DNA of 63,870 nucleotides, filler included, from Halocafeteria seosinensis (Eukaryota), in the NCBI GenBank assembly GCA_001687465.1. It is 8 parts of 8 records of this genome, joined end to end, with 100 filler letters (N's around TTAATTAATTAA, not from the genome) between each part and the next. Parts side by side here need not be neighbours in the genome. Positions count along the whole stretch, not along the records: positions 9,599 to 37,326 come from LVLI01000017.1; 7 more parts are not named here. The stretch is one strand, 5' to 3'. Every line of letters begins with the position of its first letter. The first letter of the stretch is position 1. The notes under the pieces are model-generated. The model ran no database searches and had not been told where the DNA came from. It saw nothing but the letters and a program-made list of their open reading frames with translations. A program made the translations under genes and the position numbers. This document shows positions 24,184-37,426 of this stretch, piece after piece.

Positions 24184-25780
24184 GATGCCGGGTCCGATGA
24201 GGCGCTCTCCAGCGGTCACCAACCAATTGTACCGGAGCTACCGAAGCCCTTGCTGCTTCTTATCCGATGATAGAAGAAGCCACATGCACGGAGAAATCGC
24301 TGCTACTGCTACAATCGCTAACGCTCTGTGTAGAACTCTGGTACTGAATGACTGACGTGGGAAAGACGTTGTAGACACGTCAGAAACTGATGCACCAGTA
24401 GGACGTTCTCTCCGTCCAGGAAGCAAGCAACAGGATGAAAAATGACCAAGGGTTAATAGCCGTAATCTATCTATCCATATTACTCATTCTGATATATGCA
24501 GCCGTCGGACGAACAATTGCGACTTCTTGTGTTTTTCGCTTGCGATCACCTGTACAGTATGAATTAGCGACACTTCAAGCGAAAGGGCCTCATTCTTGAA
24601 GGAAGAATTGTCAGCTTGGTCTGTGACCGAGAGCATCAGGAAGCGGGAGATACAAACATCTCCGAACTTGGGTCTCATTTTCTTCGACAGTGGTTCCAGG
24701 GGACCACACCGTTGCAGTCGATCAGTGGAATTCTGACCTACCAAGCAAGAGGGTCCCACGTGATAATCGCCGTACTATAGTTTACTTCTTGGATATTTTA
24801 AAATAAGGAGTTATATATATAACCCGAATGCTATTGGGATCTTCGCAGGACAATATTAGGAGGGTTGTTCCATTCAGTACTCAAATTGGTGCGACGAAAG
24901 ACTCGTTTTAGCTTGTGCAGCTTGTGCCTGAGTGGCCGCACGATAAGGAAAGCTGGGAGATACATGTGTACAAAACTGCTTCCATTCACCGGTCGATTGA
25001 CCTGACAGATTTAGCTAGTAGAATCACACCCGCGCATGATCCTCTTCTTCTACAATTGTAGATATGCAGGTGGTCAGACTTCCCTCTTCGAGACTGCCAT
25101 CGACTAACCAGACACCATCTCCCCGTTGCTTTTTATTCGAGTATAGCAGAAGAAGAAGGAGGAGAGCGACCCATATATTTAACTGCTATTATCGCTTAAT
25201 TTGATCTGTGGATTGAGGCGCTAGGAGTAGCACTGAATGGCTGAGCTGGGATGACAGGTGTGGTGTGGTGGAAGCGTCGCCTCAGCTTGGGTTTCTCCTC
25301 GTTCAAGACAACAAGCCACAGGATAGACGATGACGTAAGATCGATGGATTATTTACTTCCATCAATCCGCCATCCTTATTCGGATGCATGCAGCCGAACT
25401 ACCGGTAATTCATGAACAAATCATTGCGACTTCTTGAGCGTCTGTTTGCGATCATGTTCTGTGGCGATGCTTTGCTCGAGCAGACCATGCCCGGATATGA
25501 CAACCTCTTCCGGCATGAAGAACCTTCGGAGTCATTCCCATTCCCTCTGCTGGCTAATTTCCGTCCGGACAGGCCCCTATCCTGGAGCGAAAAACGATCT
25601 TGTCTTACCGTGGCATGCATGCAGGTGGGTGATTACACGGAGATGACGACTGCTGACCAAGTTCCACTTCGGTAGAAGATGCTGATGGTGTTGTCTTGTT
25701 CGTACGCCTTGCGTTGCCAACCAATGTCGTTCGGGATATGCAAAAACCCCATGACCCAGAACTAAAAAGGCAACCGTATC

Positions 25781-28700
25781 ATGGAAAGAGAAGAGAGAAG
25801 AAACTTCGGTGCCCTGGCGACTTCCCCGTTAGACCCCGGGAGATGCAAAGACAGAGAGCAAGTAACAAGGGTCTACCCATCATCGAGGAACTACGAGATA
25901 AACCAGCTCCGACGGAGGTGGCGGCGACTCTATTACTTGGGCTGCTTGACAGTCGTCGTCCTTGGCCCACTACATGCCCATGTCGAGGCGGATTGCGGGA
26001 GCTGTCCTGCCGGACAACATTGTCAGGCTGACGTTTGCGTGGACTGTCAGGGTACGTCTTCCAATGGTGTCGCTCCCATGTTGTCGTCGCTCTCGATACG
26101 TAGGCTTAGCGCCGCTCGCAGCCGGCGCCACAAGCATGGCCGGATCAACGATCTGCTCCTTATGTCCGGCTGGGAAATTCGAGACCAATCATGACGAATG
26201 TATGAATTGCGATGGTGAGCGATTGTACAACCGAAGCCAAAAAAAGATAAATTACATGACCGCCAAGCGTACGAACTTCGTGCTACATGTGGCTGTGCAG
26301 AAGGAAAGACTAGCTCCAATGGTTCTGACAGCTGCGCACAATGTCCTGCCGGAACTTTCGCACTCCTGCAGCAAAATGGGTGCGACGAATGCCCAGGTGC
26401 GCAATCCATATTGTACTTGCCATATAGCCATGAGCGTTTCTGATTCGCCATCCTGTAAACCAGACGGGGAAATTAGCTCTGAGGGATCCTCTGAATGCTA
26501 CGCGTGTGATTCCGGTACATACGAGAGGAATCATACGGAGTGCGTAAGCTGTGACGGTAAGTGGCGAGACAGGTTAATGCCCGGAATATTATTGGAGTAC
26601 CTATATATGATACACCAACAATTCTCGTACCTAACGTTTTGACTTGAATTTTTTTTCAGCGGGGAAGACCAGCCCTACGGGGAACACAACTTGCTTTGAC
26701 TGCCCATTTGGAACATATGAACTAAATCGTACGGAATGCAGGAACTCATCATGTACGTGTGCTTCAAAATGCCATGCAGAACAATCTCGTAGTATTCCAA
26801 CTTCCGACCTCGCCGCAGCTGATCTAGATTTGCGAGGCAGTATCAAACAGGGGAGGGAACCTTGTTTCCAGTACTTCCCCGATAAGGACCTATTCCGAAT
26901 GACGTGCTCTGTGGTCATTTGGGCCGCTTATGGTTACGATGCTGATACTTGCATTTTTCTTGCGCCCAACGAGACATTCGAGGGCGGTGAGGGAAACGTT
27001 ATTGAGCTAGGGGAAATCGATAACTTCCGAGGTTTCATTAGGATAATTGAGGACGGTTATGGCATCGAATCGTTTGATGAAGCTCCGCTAATTCGGAATG
27101 TACATGTCAAGAACGGGACAACAGCGCCAGGCGCTGGATTTATTGTTCGACAGGACCAAAGGTATTTTAGCGTGGAAACATGTAGCTCCACGGGGAATAT
27201 CGGAGAGAGAGGGGGAGGAATCTGTGGTCGTGATGCAGGTCACCACGAGGGCCAGGTGAAGATAGCGAATTCCTATTCCGAAGGGATTATACAGGGTAAT
27301 AAGGCAGGTGGTATTGCAGGATTTGGTCTAGGAATTCACGGCGGAACCGCTAATATCGCACAGTGCTATTCGACTGGGCCTATTCAGGGAGCTGAATCGG
27401 GTGGAATATGTGGACAATATGCTGGTGTTGATAGCGGGCTTGTGTATATGGCACAGTCATATTCCTTAGGACGTATTGCAGGAGAAGAAAGTGGCGGTAT
27501 TGCTGGAGCTGGTTCCGCATTGGATTTCGGTGAAGTATACATCACCAATTGCTATTCTCGCGGGGATATTGGAGGCGGACTAGCAGGAGGAATTACTGGT
27601 CAGGACACAGGTGGATGGGGAAGTGTTGCCGGAGGCAGTGTCAACATTACCAATACATATGCTTCCGGTGCTGTCAATGCCAACCAGGCTGGTGGACTCA
27701 TCGGAAATACAGGTGAGGAAGCACTTATTGGTATCCATGTGCAGTACTCGGTGTATAATGGCTCTAACGGTGCGAACGTCGTAGGTGGAGGCGACAGTTC
27801 CAATGCTCTGCATCAGGAAGGCATTTCGGCCTCTTTAGATACAATACGAGGTGCCCTGTACAACGATGCGGGAACGTGGCGATGGGATCAACACATATGG
27901 GCACTTAATGGCAGCGACGAGTTGGTTATTTTGCGCTTTCAGCTCCATCAAACACCATGCAAGCATTGCGAGACACCCACGAAGGCTCCTACACCATGCA
28001 TGACACCCACCGAAACCCCTACACCATGTAAGACACCCAGAAAGACTCCCACGCCATACATGACGCCCACCAAAACTCCTACTCCATCCAAGACACCTAC
28101 TAGGACCCCTACGACCACAAAGACTGCTACGCCATCCAATACTGCCAGACAGACCTCCACATTTTCGCGGACTGCCACACCCTCCAGTAACATGGTCCAC
28201 TCGACCTCTCCTGCAACTCCTTTACTACGTCCGGGTTCTGTGATAGTACGCTCAGGTTGCGGGACTCGCCTTCCATCGAACTGTGCCAGGGCTGAATTTC
28301 TATCCTCAGAGAGCTTTACGCTTGCTGGCAACAGTAGCTCTCTTCCTGGAGCTCCCACAAATTTAACCGTTTCAGTGCGAAACGGAACGGCCACGGCACC
28401 GAAGATTGATTTGACTTGCGGGCCAGTAGTTGGGAGGGTTCCAAAGGACGCAGTGGTCTACTCAGGATGCCAAGAAGATTTGTCAGGTACCCAATTTGAT
28501 GTTCCATTGCCCATGATACTTGACATCGATCAGAGAAGTAACAATGGCACCTGCGCACCTCATCGATCAAATTGCACGCGTTTTGACTACATGATTCACA
28601 TTCGACTTCATCCACATTCTTCGCAACTATTCAGTAAACAGGCGCCACTGATAAGGCAGCAGTCATCGGGGGAGCGCTTTAGGCGACTCGCTGGAGCAGG

Positions 28701-31700
28701 CACGGTAGTCGTCCCTCTGCTCATTCCCGTGACGGTGGAAGGTGAGATTCTCGTCGCCGCAGAAAAGCTAGTGATGATTGATGTAACAAATGAGATTGAG
28801 CCCACCGAACTGGAGACATCAGCGGAGCCAACAATGCTTAAAATCGATGAAGGATGCGTGGCCATACCGGGGAATGACTCGAAGAGGGTTACGCGTGCGA
28901 TCTTTTTAACTCTGAAGTCTGGGTACAGGTATTCATGGAAATTGGGGTCGCGTATACAAGAAATCGTCAACGTTCCCCCATCCGGCAATGTGGGGGAGGA
29001 ACCTGTGTCGTTTAAGCAGATTATAACATTTGACCTTCGGCATGCCCCTGCGGGCAGAACCACTTCGCACATACACATAGTGGTCACAGATACTGCACTT
29101 GATAAAACCGACACACTTGTTATTTATGTATCTTTGCGCATTCGGGAAGCCGATGTGGATATTGCTCAACCCGTCATTCGTGTCCAAAGGAGTATTGAGG
29201 ATACAGCGGTAGTGCGAGAGGTGACGATGTCAAACAGTGGCGACTTCCCGGCCAAATGGAAAGCTCGGATGCTTTCAGAAAAAAACGTGGAGCTCTTGGG
29301 TGAGGATACATCTGTTTTCAGATTAACCGCTACTGATGGTACTACTTCTCGCCGAGGGGAGATTGGTTCCAGTGTATTTGAGAAAGAAGTGCTTCAGCTT
29401 CATGTACTTCCGCAAAACGCTAACGAAACTGGCGTATTTGTGTCATGGATTCTAGTTGAGACGAATTCAAAAAATGGCCCAGTACAGGTGTTCGAACAAG
29501 ATAGTCCTCCATCTGCTCCGGCATCATCCTCACTTGTGGGTAGGAATCTGTGGGTGAAGATCGAACTCGTCATAGCATCAGTATTTGTGTGCCCCGATCC
29601 TCCAGCGAAGACTCAGCTGCATCCCCAGGAACACCTGGAAGCAAAATGGACCGTGGTTAATGTTGCCCAGCATCCTGTTGTTGTCCGGCCCATCGATTTC
29701 AGGTTGAAGGTTTTACCAGTCGACAATCACACGACAGACTTCGCCGATGCTAGGTCGAAGGCAGTAAATGTAGCTGAAAGCGGCGGCAAACTTCGTGTCG
29801 GAGAATGGTTCACTTTGACTCCTCCCTCGGCTGTGGTATCTTCCGATAATAGATGGACTTTTAAAGCAGTGGTGGGATTCGCTCAGCCAAAAATACGCAT
29901 CGGTGATCGGGGCCTGTTTGTGAAAGCATCAGTAAATCACATTCGGTTGGAATATGTGATGTCAGTTCTGACGCTCCAGCAGTGGACAAGTGGTACTAGC
30001 TTCTCCTCATCCTCAGATTCCCGGGAGGCTTTTGTTGAACCAGATTTCCTAGCGGGCCCCGCTGATGCACGACAGTCAATAGTTATCTTCAGTGAGACAA
30101 GAACTTCATTGTCAACTCCTGTCAATGTCACCGTTAAACTTGCTGATAAATTTGGTAACGCTAAGGCAAAAGTTATGCTGGTATCGTCTAGTGGGCAGGA
30201 ACGCTTTCGGTCGACCACGGGGGATATACCGACTCTCACGGTGACCAACCCTATAAGCGAGGACGATTCTTCTTTCGCTTCTGTATCGCTTGAGTTTTCG
30301 CAATTGACCAATGGTGTAATTACTGGAGATTTTGACTTCCATGTTCATTTGGAAGATGAAGGAAAAGCGTTAATTGATGTTCGTATTGATGAGGAGTCCA
30401 TCGTGAATTCTCCGTTCGCTGTCACCGCACAAGCAAACTGTAGCGCACTGGAAATTCTCTCGGAACACACAGGAGCATGCTTGTGTCAACCTGGCTATGC
30501 CAGAGCCAGACAGTATGACCTAGGGGCAGAAGACAAGCCACCATGTGAACAATGCCCCGAGGGAAGGTTCCAACCCGAGCCTACGGATGACGACCGTTGC
30601 ATCCTTTGCGCCGAAGGCTTTTTCTCTCCCAAAGGAAGCTCCAAATGCTTTCCCTGTCCCTCTACAGGGTTTGAATGCATAGGAGGGAGACTACGAATGG
30701 GCAACGGCTACTGGTGCGAGATATGCGCGAAGGATGCAAAACTTAGTAACGGCACCACGAGGGACAGTATGCTCGAGCGTGTCCGCAGTGGTAACACGCC
30801 GGTGATGCATCGTTGTGCCCCACCGACAGCTTGCGATGTTGAACCGACCCAGTTCAGAACTACCTGTAGTGAAGGGAGGAAAGGTCCACTTTGTAGTGTG
30901 TGCCGCGATGGCTACGCAAAGACGAAGACCCTATGCCTCCCGTGCCAGAACGGACAGAGGGATAAAGCAACTGTAGCATTTTCAGCACTGGTAGCACTTG
31001 CAGTTGTTATAGGATTGAACGTTGTTCATTCAAAGAAAACTCTTACTGATTATGAGGCGGGAGAGACAGACGCGGAACGGAACCAAAACAAGCAGAAAAC
31101 AGGTCTGAAGGATTTGGAGCCTAATAACTGCGCAAACGATTCTGAGGCGGCAGAGTCAGACGCGGAACAAAACCGAAACGGGAAGCAAACAGATCCGAAG
31201 GATTTGGAGCATAATAATTGTGATAATGCCACAACTCCAGGCGAAGTCATTAGGAACGATAAGTCGGTGAACAGTCCCGGGGAAAATAAGCCAAAGATAC
31301 CCACGAAAAGGAAAATGGATATGGTCAAGGAACTTCAACTGTATCTAGTGTTTGCGCTGGACTATATGCAAATTTTAGCGCTGCTAGGGAGCCTGGACGC
31401 TACTCCCTTCGCAGGTAGTATTGCATGGTTTAAGGACTTTGCGGAACTCTCGCTCATGTCGCCGTCACAAGCAGATTCATTTCGCTGTATATCACAACTC
31501 AGTTTCTTTGGATACTCTTTGTTGTCTCTTATTGCGCCGTGGATGCTTGTCGTGGTATCCATCCTTCTGCAACTCGGCATAAATGCTTTCCGGAATTCAA
31601 AGACTGGCTGGAGAGAGTCAGTGAAGAAGTCTTTACAGCCCTTACATTTGCTCCTGGGATTGGTTCACACAGCCGTATCAACGACTGTTGTTGACATCTT

Positions 31701-32706
31701 TAATGTGTACCCAAAAGAAGTTTACGGAAGCCAACGGCTTCGAGCTTCCATGGAGTTGAAGACTTCGTCGGACGATTATACGATCTTGGAAACCCTTGCA
31801 GGCCTAACGCTGGTTACTGTGGTTCTTGGAGTTCCGTTTCTCATGATTGGCTTTTTGATTTGGAGCCACAAGCATGCCAAGTCTCCTGAGCTTCATGAAC
31901 AGTTTTTGAATAACATCAGAGGCTTCAGAGAACACAAGAGAGGTTATCTTTGGCCGGCCATTGTCATTATACGGCGAACATTGGTGCTTCTATCCGTATT
32001 TCTCGTGGGCACCGCGATACATCAAAGTATGCTTGTGACGGGGATATTGCTGTCTTCATTGTGGTTAAGCACGATCATGCAGCCATACAAACTGGATACA
32101 CCCTTAAATTTACTAGAAAGTTTGAAATCGGTTTGCTGTGCAGTTACTGCTGCCTTCGGCCTTGTCCACTCCTTCTCCAGCCGCACAGATGAGCGTCGTT
32201 TATTGGAGGGCGCCACTATGCTTATTCAAATAGTGATGCTACTTGTAACTGGTTTCACATTTGCATTGGCGTTAGTCAGTACCTATAAGTCAATGACTAC
32301 GCAAGAGACATTGGAAGAGCTGGCAAGGAAACTAGCCCCTCTTAGAGACAAGATCCAGCAGTTATTACTAAAGTGTAAAAGCAAAATGCCCACGAACAGT
32401 CCCAATGTAGAGCAGGAGACTCCTCAACCAAACGATGAAAATGAGTCAGATGATAAACGATTACAACAAATGAATGACAATCCGATGGCAAACCATTCTG
32501 GAGATATTTTCCAAAGCAATCCGTTGGCGTGTGGGGGCTCGCTTAGTCGGAATCAAGCTACTCTAGCTTCCTCTCAGTATTTCTACAACCAAAAGTTGGC
32601 GAACAACGCGAAAGCAAGGGCAAAAGAGAGAAAGAGCATTGTACAGGAAGCAAAGAAGGATCCACGTCGGAACCTGAAGCGTCGGCGAAAGACACTTTTC
32701 GAATGA
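25781..32706 (+). CDS. Large receptor-like membrane protein: Cys-rich repeat exons, GLUG-like GGI.G repeat domain, Thr/Pro stalk, beta-rich domains, Cys-rich region, multi-TM C-terminus
   Basis: 2020-aa ORF 26644-32706 plus short upstream exons (CPAG..C..C) separated by GT-AG introns; probable in-frame intron 26753-26818; C-terminal two-thirds homologous to 11728-17595. Confidence 0.85.
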
Positions 32707-33256
32707 AAAATTCCGGCGAGATTTCTTGTTGGTTCTGATAGTATTGGCTACCCGCTAGAGCCTTTTGCTTTCCTCTCTCCACCAGGTAGACAGAAAGGAA
32801 GGTGCTGGTAGTATTTGGGATACCTTGATACTACTTCTGTAAGCTTATGAAATTGCTTTACAGAGTCCTCGAGGTTGTATTAACGCAGTTTCCAGCCCCC
32901 TGTTAGAAGTTCATGGAACTTATTGAATCGTCATCTGAGAGCGCTATAGTCGCATACTTTTCCTTGATGTGCAAACATTTAGTACCGTTCAAATACATCT
33001 TTGCGATTGTTTGCGTCTCAGATATTGCATTTATGTGTCAAACCTTCTTCATTTCTTGGCAGTCCCGGACTGACTTCGCACGATACACGTACATGTTCCG
33101 GCGACAGTCTGCGAGGTAAAAGGACAATACATTCATCTAAGTCCCACAAACTAGCACACAAGTGCTCTATGCATCTATTAAACCAACCACCTAATGCGAA
33201 TCGAACTACATGTTGCATAATTTGTGCGCTTCCGTTCGCTCCTTGAAGAAGTACCC

Positions 33257-33326
33257 GAACTTAGACAGTCCCACAGGTAAAAAAATGTTCCCGGAACTTA
33301 GACAGTCCCACAGGTAAAAAAATGTT
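33257..33326 (+). repeat. 37-bp-period tandem duplication
   Basis: GAACTTAGACAGTCCCACAGGTAAAAAAATGTT at 33257 and 33294. Confidence 0.9.
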
Positions 33327-33473
33327 GAGAAAATATGGATCCATAACAATAGGTTACCATACGTAGATTGTTGTGTTGCATGATAACGTCACTCTGCCAC
33401 ATTAAATGAAGCGCCAGCTCGAGTCGCAACTTGCAAGCCCGGAGTTTAGCCAAATTGACGCGAGGAGTGTGTA

Positions 33474-33597
33474 TTCAACTTCAACTATAGTATGTACCCG
33501 TTAGCCGAGGCTACGCCTCCCTTCGTACGCCGTATTGGGCATTACTAAATGCAACCACTTGCGCAGCATTCTGCAGTTGCTCCGCTGCACCGAACAG
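33474..33597 (-). mobile_element. 5'-truncated 3' end of the same CRE-like retrotransposon as 9363-9498
   Basis: ~125 bp with only a few differences from 9363-9486; same tail and TACACAC flank. Confidence 0.7.
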
Positions 33598-34071
33598 GGA
33601 CAACTGTACAGAACGTACAGTTCAAAACTGTACAGAATACGACTTCAACTTCAACAAAAGTAGGTGGTACCAGAGTCTTACATACATCGACGTGTATTAC
33701 ATGTATGTTTCTTTCTGTCAATGCGTATAACATGACCATGTTGATAAACAACGGTGAAGTGGCTTCACTATCATTGCGGTGTTCTGGTACAGAGCAAGTT
33801 GCCACTACTCCTCCAACGGGCAGGCGCCTGGAAGTGACGACAAGTATATCGCATATGCATGTAGTATGCGTTCTTCATAGTGCTGATACGATGCGGACAA
33901 ATGAACAGCGGAAATTCGTCCTTCGACTGTGAAGAGCGTGTGGTCTGGCGAAGTCCAACTGTCTGGCACTTGCTAACTTTGGCTGATTTGGCTGGCACCA
34001 GCTCACTCAGAGGAGTGTCACTGTCCCAATCACTACTCTCGTCACCAGGCAGCAACTGTACACCCGTGTCA

Positions 34072-36130
34072 TCAGCAAATAGCGCTTTTCAGAATGTCTG
34101 GAATGTTCCCGGAAGGTCGCTCTTCAGGAAACGAACGGGTTCCCATGAGTTTCAGCTTTCTGGGGTAGCCCTTCCACTTCACAGACACACGCTTCTTCGC
34201 GGGATCATACTTGACGAACCTTTCGACCACATGCTTCTTTGTCCTCTTATCTGATCCAAAGCTGCGTTTCGAAGTGCTTGACGGCCTGTTCTGAACTTTT
34301 TCACAAGCAGTTCCTAGTTGACGTTCTCCTCGACGACTTCTCTCCTGGAATGCGGCTGGCTGACCTGCCGCTACATTTGGAAACACTTGATGCGCTCTTT
34401 TCAACTTGTTGGACGGACCTTCCTGCCTTATGAATGGTCGCTAGACTCGAAGATTTCTTCTGGGCGACGGTGGAAGACCGACTTCGCTTGACTGGTTTGT
34501 TCTTGGTGCTTAGTTTTACAGCCAGTCTCTGGGAATGCTGGATGTCAAGGACATAAGCACTGGGATTTAAATTCTCGGCATTTCCTATTTGCTTCAGAGA
34601 TGAGTCTTTAGGTGTTTTAGCTGGAAATATTGTCTTGTACATCGCAAGCACGGCAGTCAGAGAATTGCTCAGTCTAAACCCTCGTATCAGCACTTCCAGG
34701 AAGCGGTTCGTTAGGGTATCGGGTACACCATACCATTTTACTGGTGAAGAGCAATCTTTCAGTGTTTTCAGCAGCTCCGTTCTATTTTGCGTCGTCGATC
34801 CCTCAAGTTTTGCGGAGATAATAGGCGGACACGTCATCACATCTGGGCTTATCACAGAAGGATCGAAAGTCGAACATGCGATGTATATTACTTGAAGCGT
34901 GCTGGTGGCGTGGCTTATATCCTGCCCCTTAACCATATGGTTGGCACTTTCAGTGATACTGTTCGCAAAAGAGTAACCCACGTAAACGTTCTTCGGAATC
35001 CCCGCGAGAGTCCAAAAGCTCAAGTTATCCCGATAGTATTCGATGAAATCTGCATGTTTTTCCGACAAGTTCGCCTGACAAAGCGTCTCCAGCTCGTCCC
35101 AGTATCCTTTAGACTGAAAAATGTCTATGGTAGCAGCAGCCTTTCGTAGTAGGATCTTGCCTGGAAGTACGTCGTCTCGGTTCTGGGACTTACTGAATCG
35201 CTTGTTCCAGTTGACAATCAGATGGTACTCACATGACTTATGAATTCCCTGAGGCCACACCTCATGTACAGCTTTTCGAAATCCCGCTGCATCATCTGAG
35301 ATGATCACGCCCGGCGGAACCGCCCCTAGAAGCTCGTGAATGAACTGAAGTGGGATTACGGTGGTTACAGCCTCACTTTCTCCATAAGCGAGCGCCTGCG
35401 CAAGAACTAGGACCTGGCCTTCTTTTGACGGCATCACGAACTGATAAAGCTGTGCCTTCTTTTTGTTTAATTGAAGACCGTCTATCGGAATGTTGTGTGT
35501 ACTGTCGAAGTGGATGGGATCCTGGTAGAGCTCTGCCGACTTTTGCATGGCGGGAGACGACCAACATGCGCAAACGTCCGGTACAATTCGATATTTACAG
35601 TTATTCCTCTCGAAAAACGAGATCACGGTACGCTCTTCGTTCTCCGATGAAAAAATATTTGATGCTTCGCGTTGAATCCGCTTCTTCGTCGCGGCTCTTA
35701 TCTTGACCCCATCGACGGCCTGGCACTGGCAGCCTTGGTGAGTGATAGACCTGGGATGGACATGTAATTATTACAAATCGTTGCGTTCTTTCGGGCTTCA
35801 GTCATTTCTTGATTCCACTCGGCAGCGTTATCATGGCCTGTATGTTTCCAATTTCCTTCAGTAGTCACACACGTAAACGTTCCAGTAACCTGGTCCTGCT
35901 CCCATCGCAACGATACCATGAATTGGCACGGCATTGTGGCGTCACCATCCCCAGCAACGGCCTGCTCCTTCGTATGCTCTCTCTTGGTCTGGCCCGCAAC
36001 TGCGCTTCTTGTGCTTCCTCTGCATTATCACTAAGGCCACCAAGTAAGCGGCAAGCAAGCTTCAGTGTCTCTGATGGCGATACGTACCTGGATTTACATT
36101 TGTACAGAATCTGGTACTCGACGTGAGAAA
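34072..36130 (-). mobile_element. Second, divergent chromodomain-bearing MULE transposase (degenerate, SWIM region apparently deleted)
   Basis: PIHFDSTHN, ISDDAAGFRKAVHEVWP..CEYH, FANSITESANH; chromo VVERFV..VSVKWKGYP then, after a frameshift, NSWEPVRFL; collinear with 6321-9127. Confidence 0.85.
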
Positions 36131-37308
36131 AACTTAGGGTTAGCGTGGGGCTTACCGTTCCAGTTGGAGTCCTTGGGCGGCTGTGCGACGACGATGGAGT
36201 GGGACTCCGAGAAGGGGTAAAGCTGCTTGAAGGAGTCTCCGACCTTGTCGTTGTCGCTGATGGCGTCGACATGGGTGAAGGAGTAGATGACGGTGCTACT
36301 TGAAATCGTAGAATTGGCAGCAGATTCTCTTTGTCGTCACTTTCTCCTCTATCTAAAGCCCATACGTCATCCGACCACCCTCCCAGTTGATACAGTTGTC
36401 CCCGTATGTCCGTCAAATCATCTGAATTGTTTGTCTCTGCAAGATTACTGCCACCATTCACTCCAACTATACCGGTAGGCCCGGTTCCTCCATTTCCATT
36501 GTATACTGAGTATTTCACGTGAATAGGACCACTTGCACCACCCCCTATCTGTCCTATAATCCCACCAGCATCCGTACCCGTGACTGTACCAGATATATTT
36601 GTGATGTAGACATCTCCTGTAGGATGGTTTGGTTCCCCTCCTGTCCTCTCCCCTGTAATACCTCCTGCTTTTCCACCACTAATACTTCCTAGTGCATAGC
36701 AAGCTATGATATGTACTTCACCCTCACGATCTGCTGTATCTTCGCCGTTAATCCCTCCACTACAGTCTGCAGATATTTGTCCCATACTATAACATTCCTT
36801 GATTAAGACGAATCCATTGTCAAGACCAGCATTGCTGCCCACAATACCACCACTGTTTGAACTAGCAGGAATTACCCTATATCTCCTGTGGAATAGGAAC
36901 GAGTTATATACACTTGACCATTCGAAACACCAGCACCGTTTCCACAGACACCACCTGATTCTTGTCCTTCAATAGTTCCAGTGGAATGGCAATCCGTGAT
37001 ATTGGCAATCCCATGATTGTATCCAACATGAACTCCCACAATACCACCTGCAAGTCTGCCCAGTACCCTCCCTGCCGAATACGAATTCGATATCTTAATT
37101 TGACCATTATCAAGACCACTTCGAAAACCACATACATGTATACCACCACCAGCATTGCCAGCAATATCTCCTGATGAACTACATGAATCTATGATAAAGA
37201 ATTTCTGCTCTTGTTGGACAATAAATCCATCTCTGCGTGCAGTTTCCCCATTCCTAATATCAAGATTCCGGATCAATGGAGCTTGATCAAATGATGTAAC
37301 ACCGTCCA
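36130..37308 (-). pseudogene. GLUG-like repeat secreted protein paralog, frameshifted and truncated in its stalk by the MULE
   Basis: Clear homology to 45900-47070; split into ORFs 36872-37276 and 35865-36842. Confidence 0.8.
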
Positions 37309-37426
37309 NTNNGTTCAGATCTATAANNNNNNNNNNNNNNNNNNNNNNNNNNNNNNNNNNNNNNNNNNNNTTAATTAATTAANNNNNNNNNNNNNNNNNN
37401 NNNNNNNNNNNNNNNNNNNNNNNNNN

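Noticed and set aside
33257..33326. CRISPR-like repeat
   Set aside because: Two adjacent copies without spacer, no cas genes, eukaryotic context.
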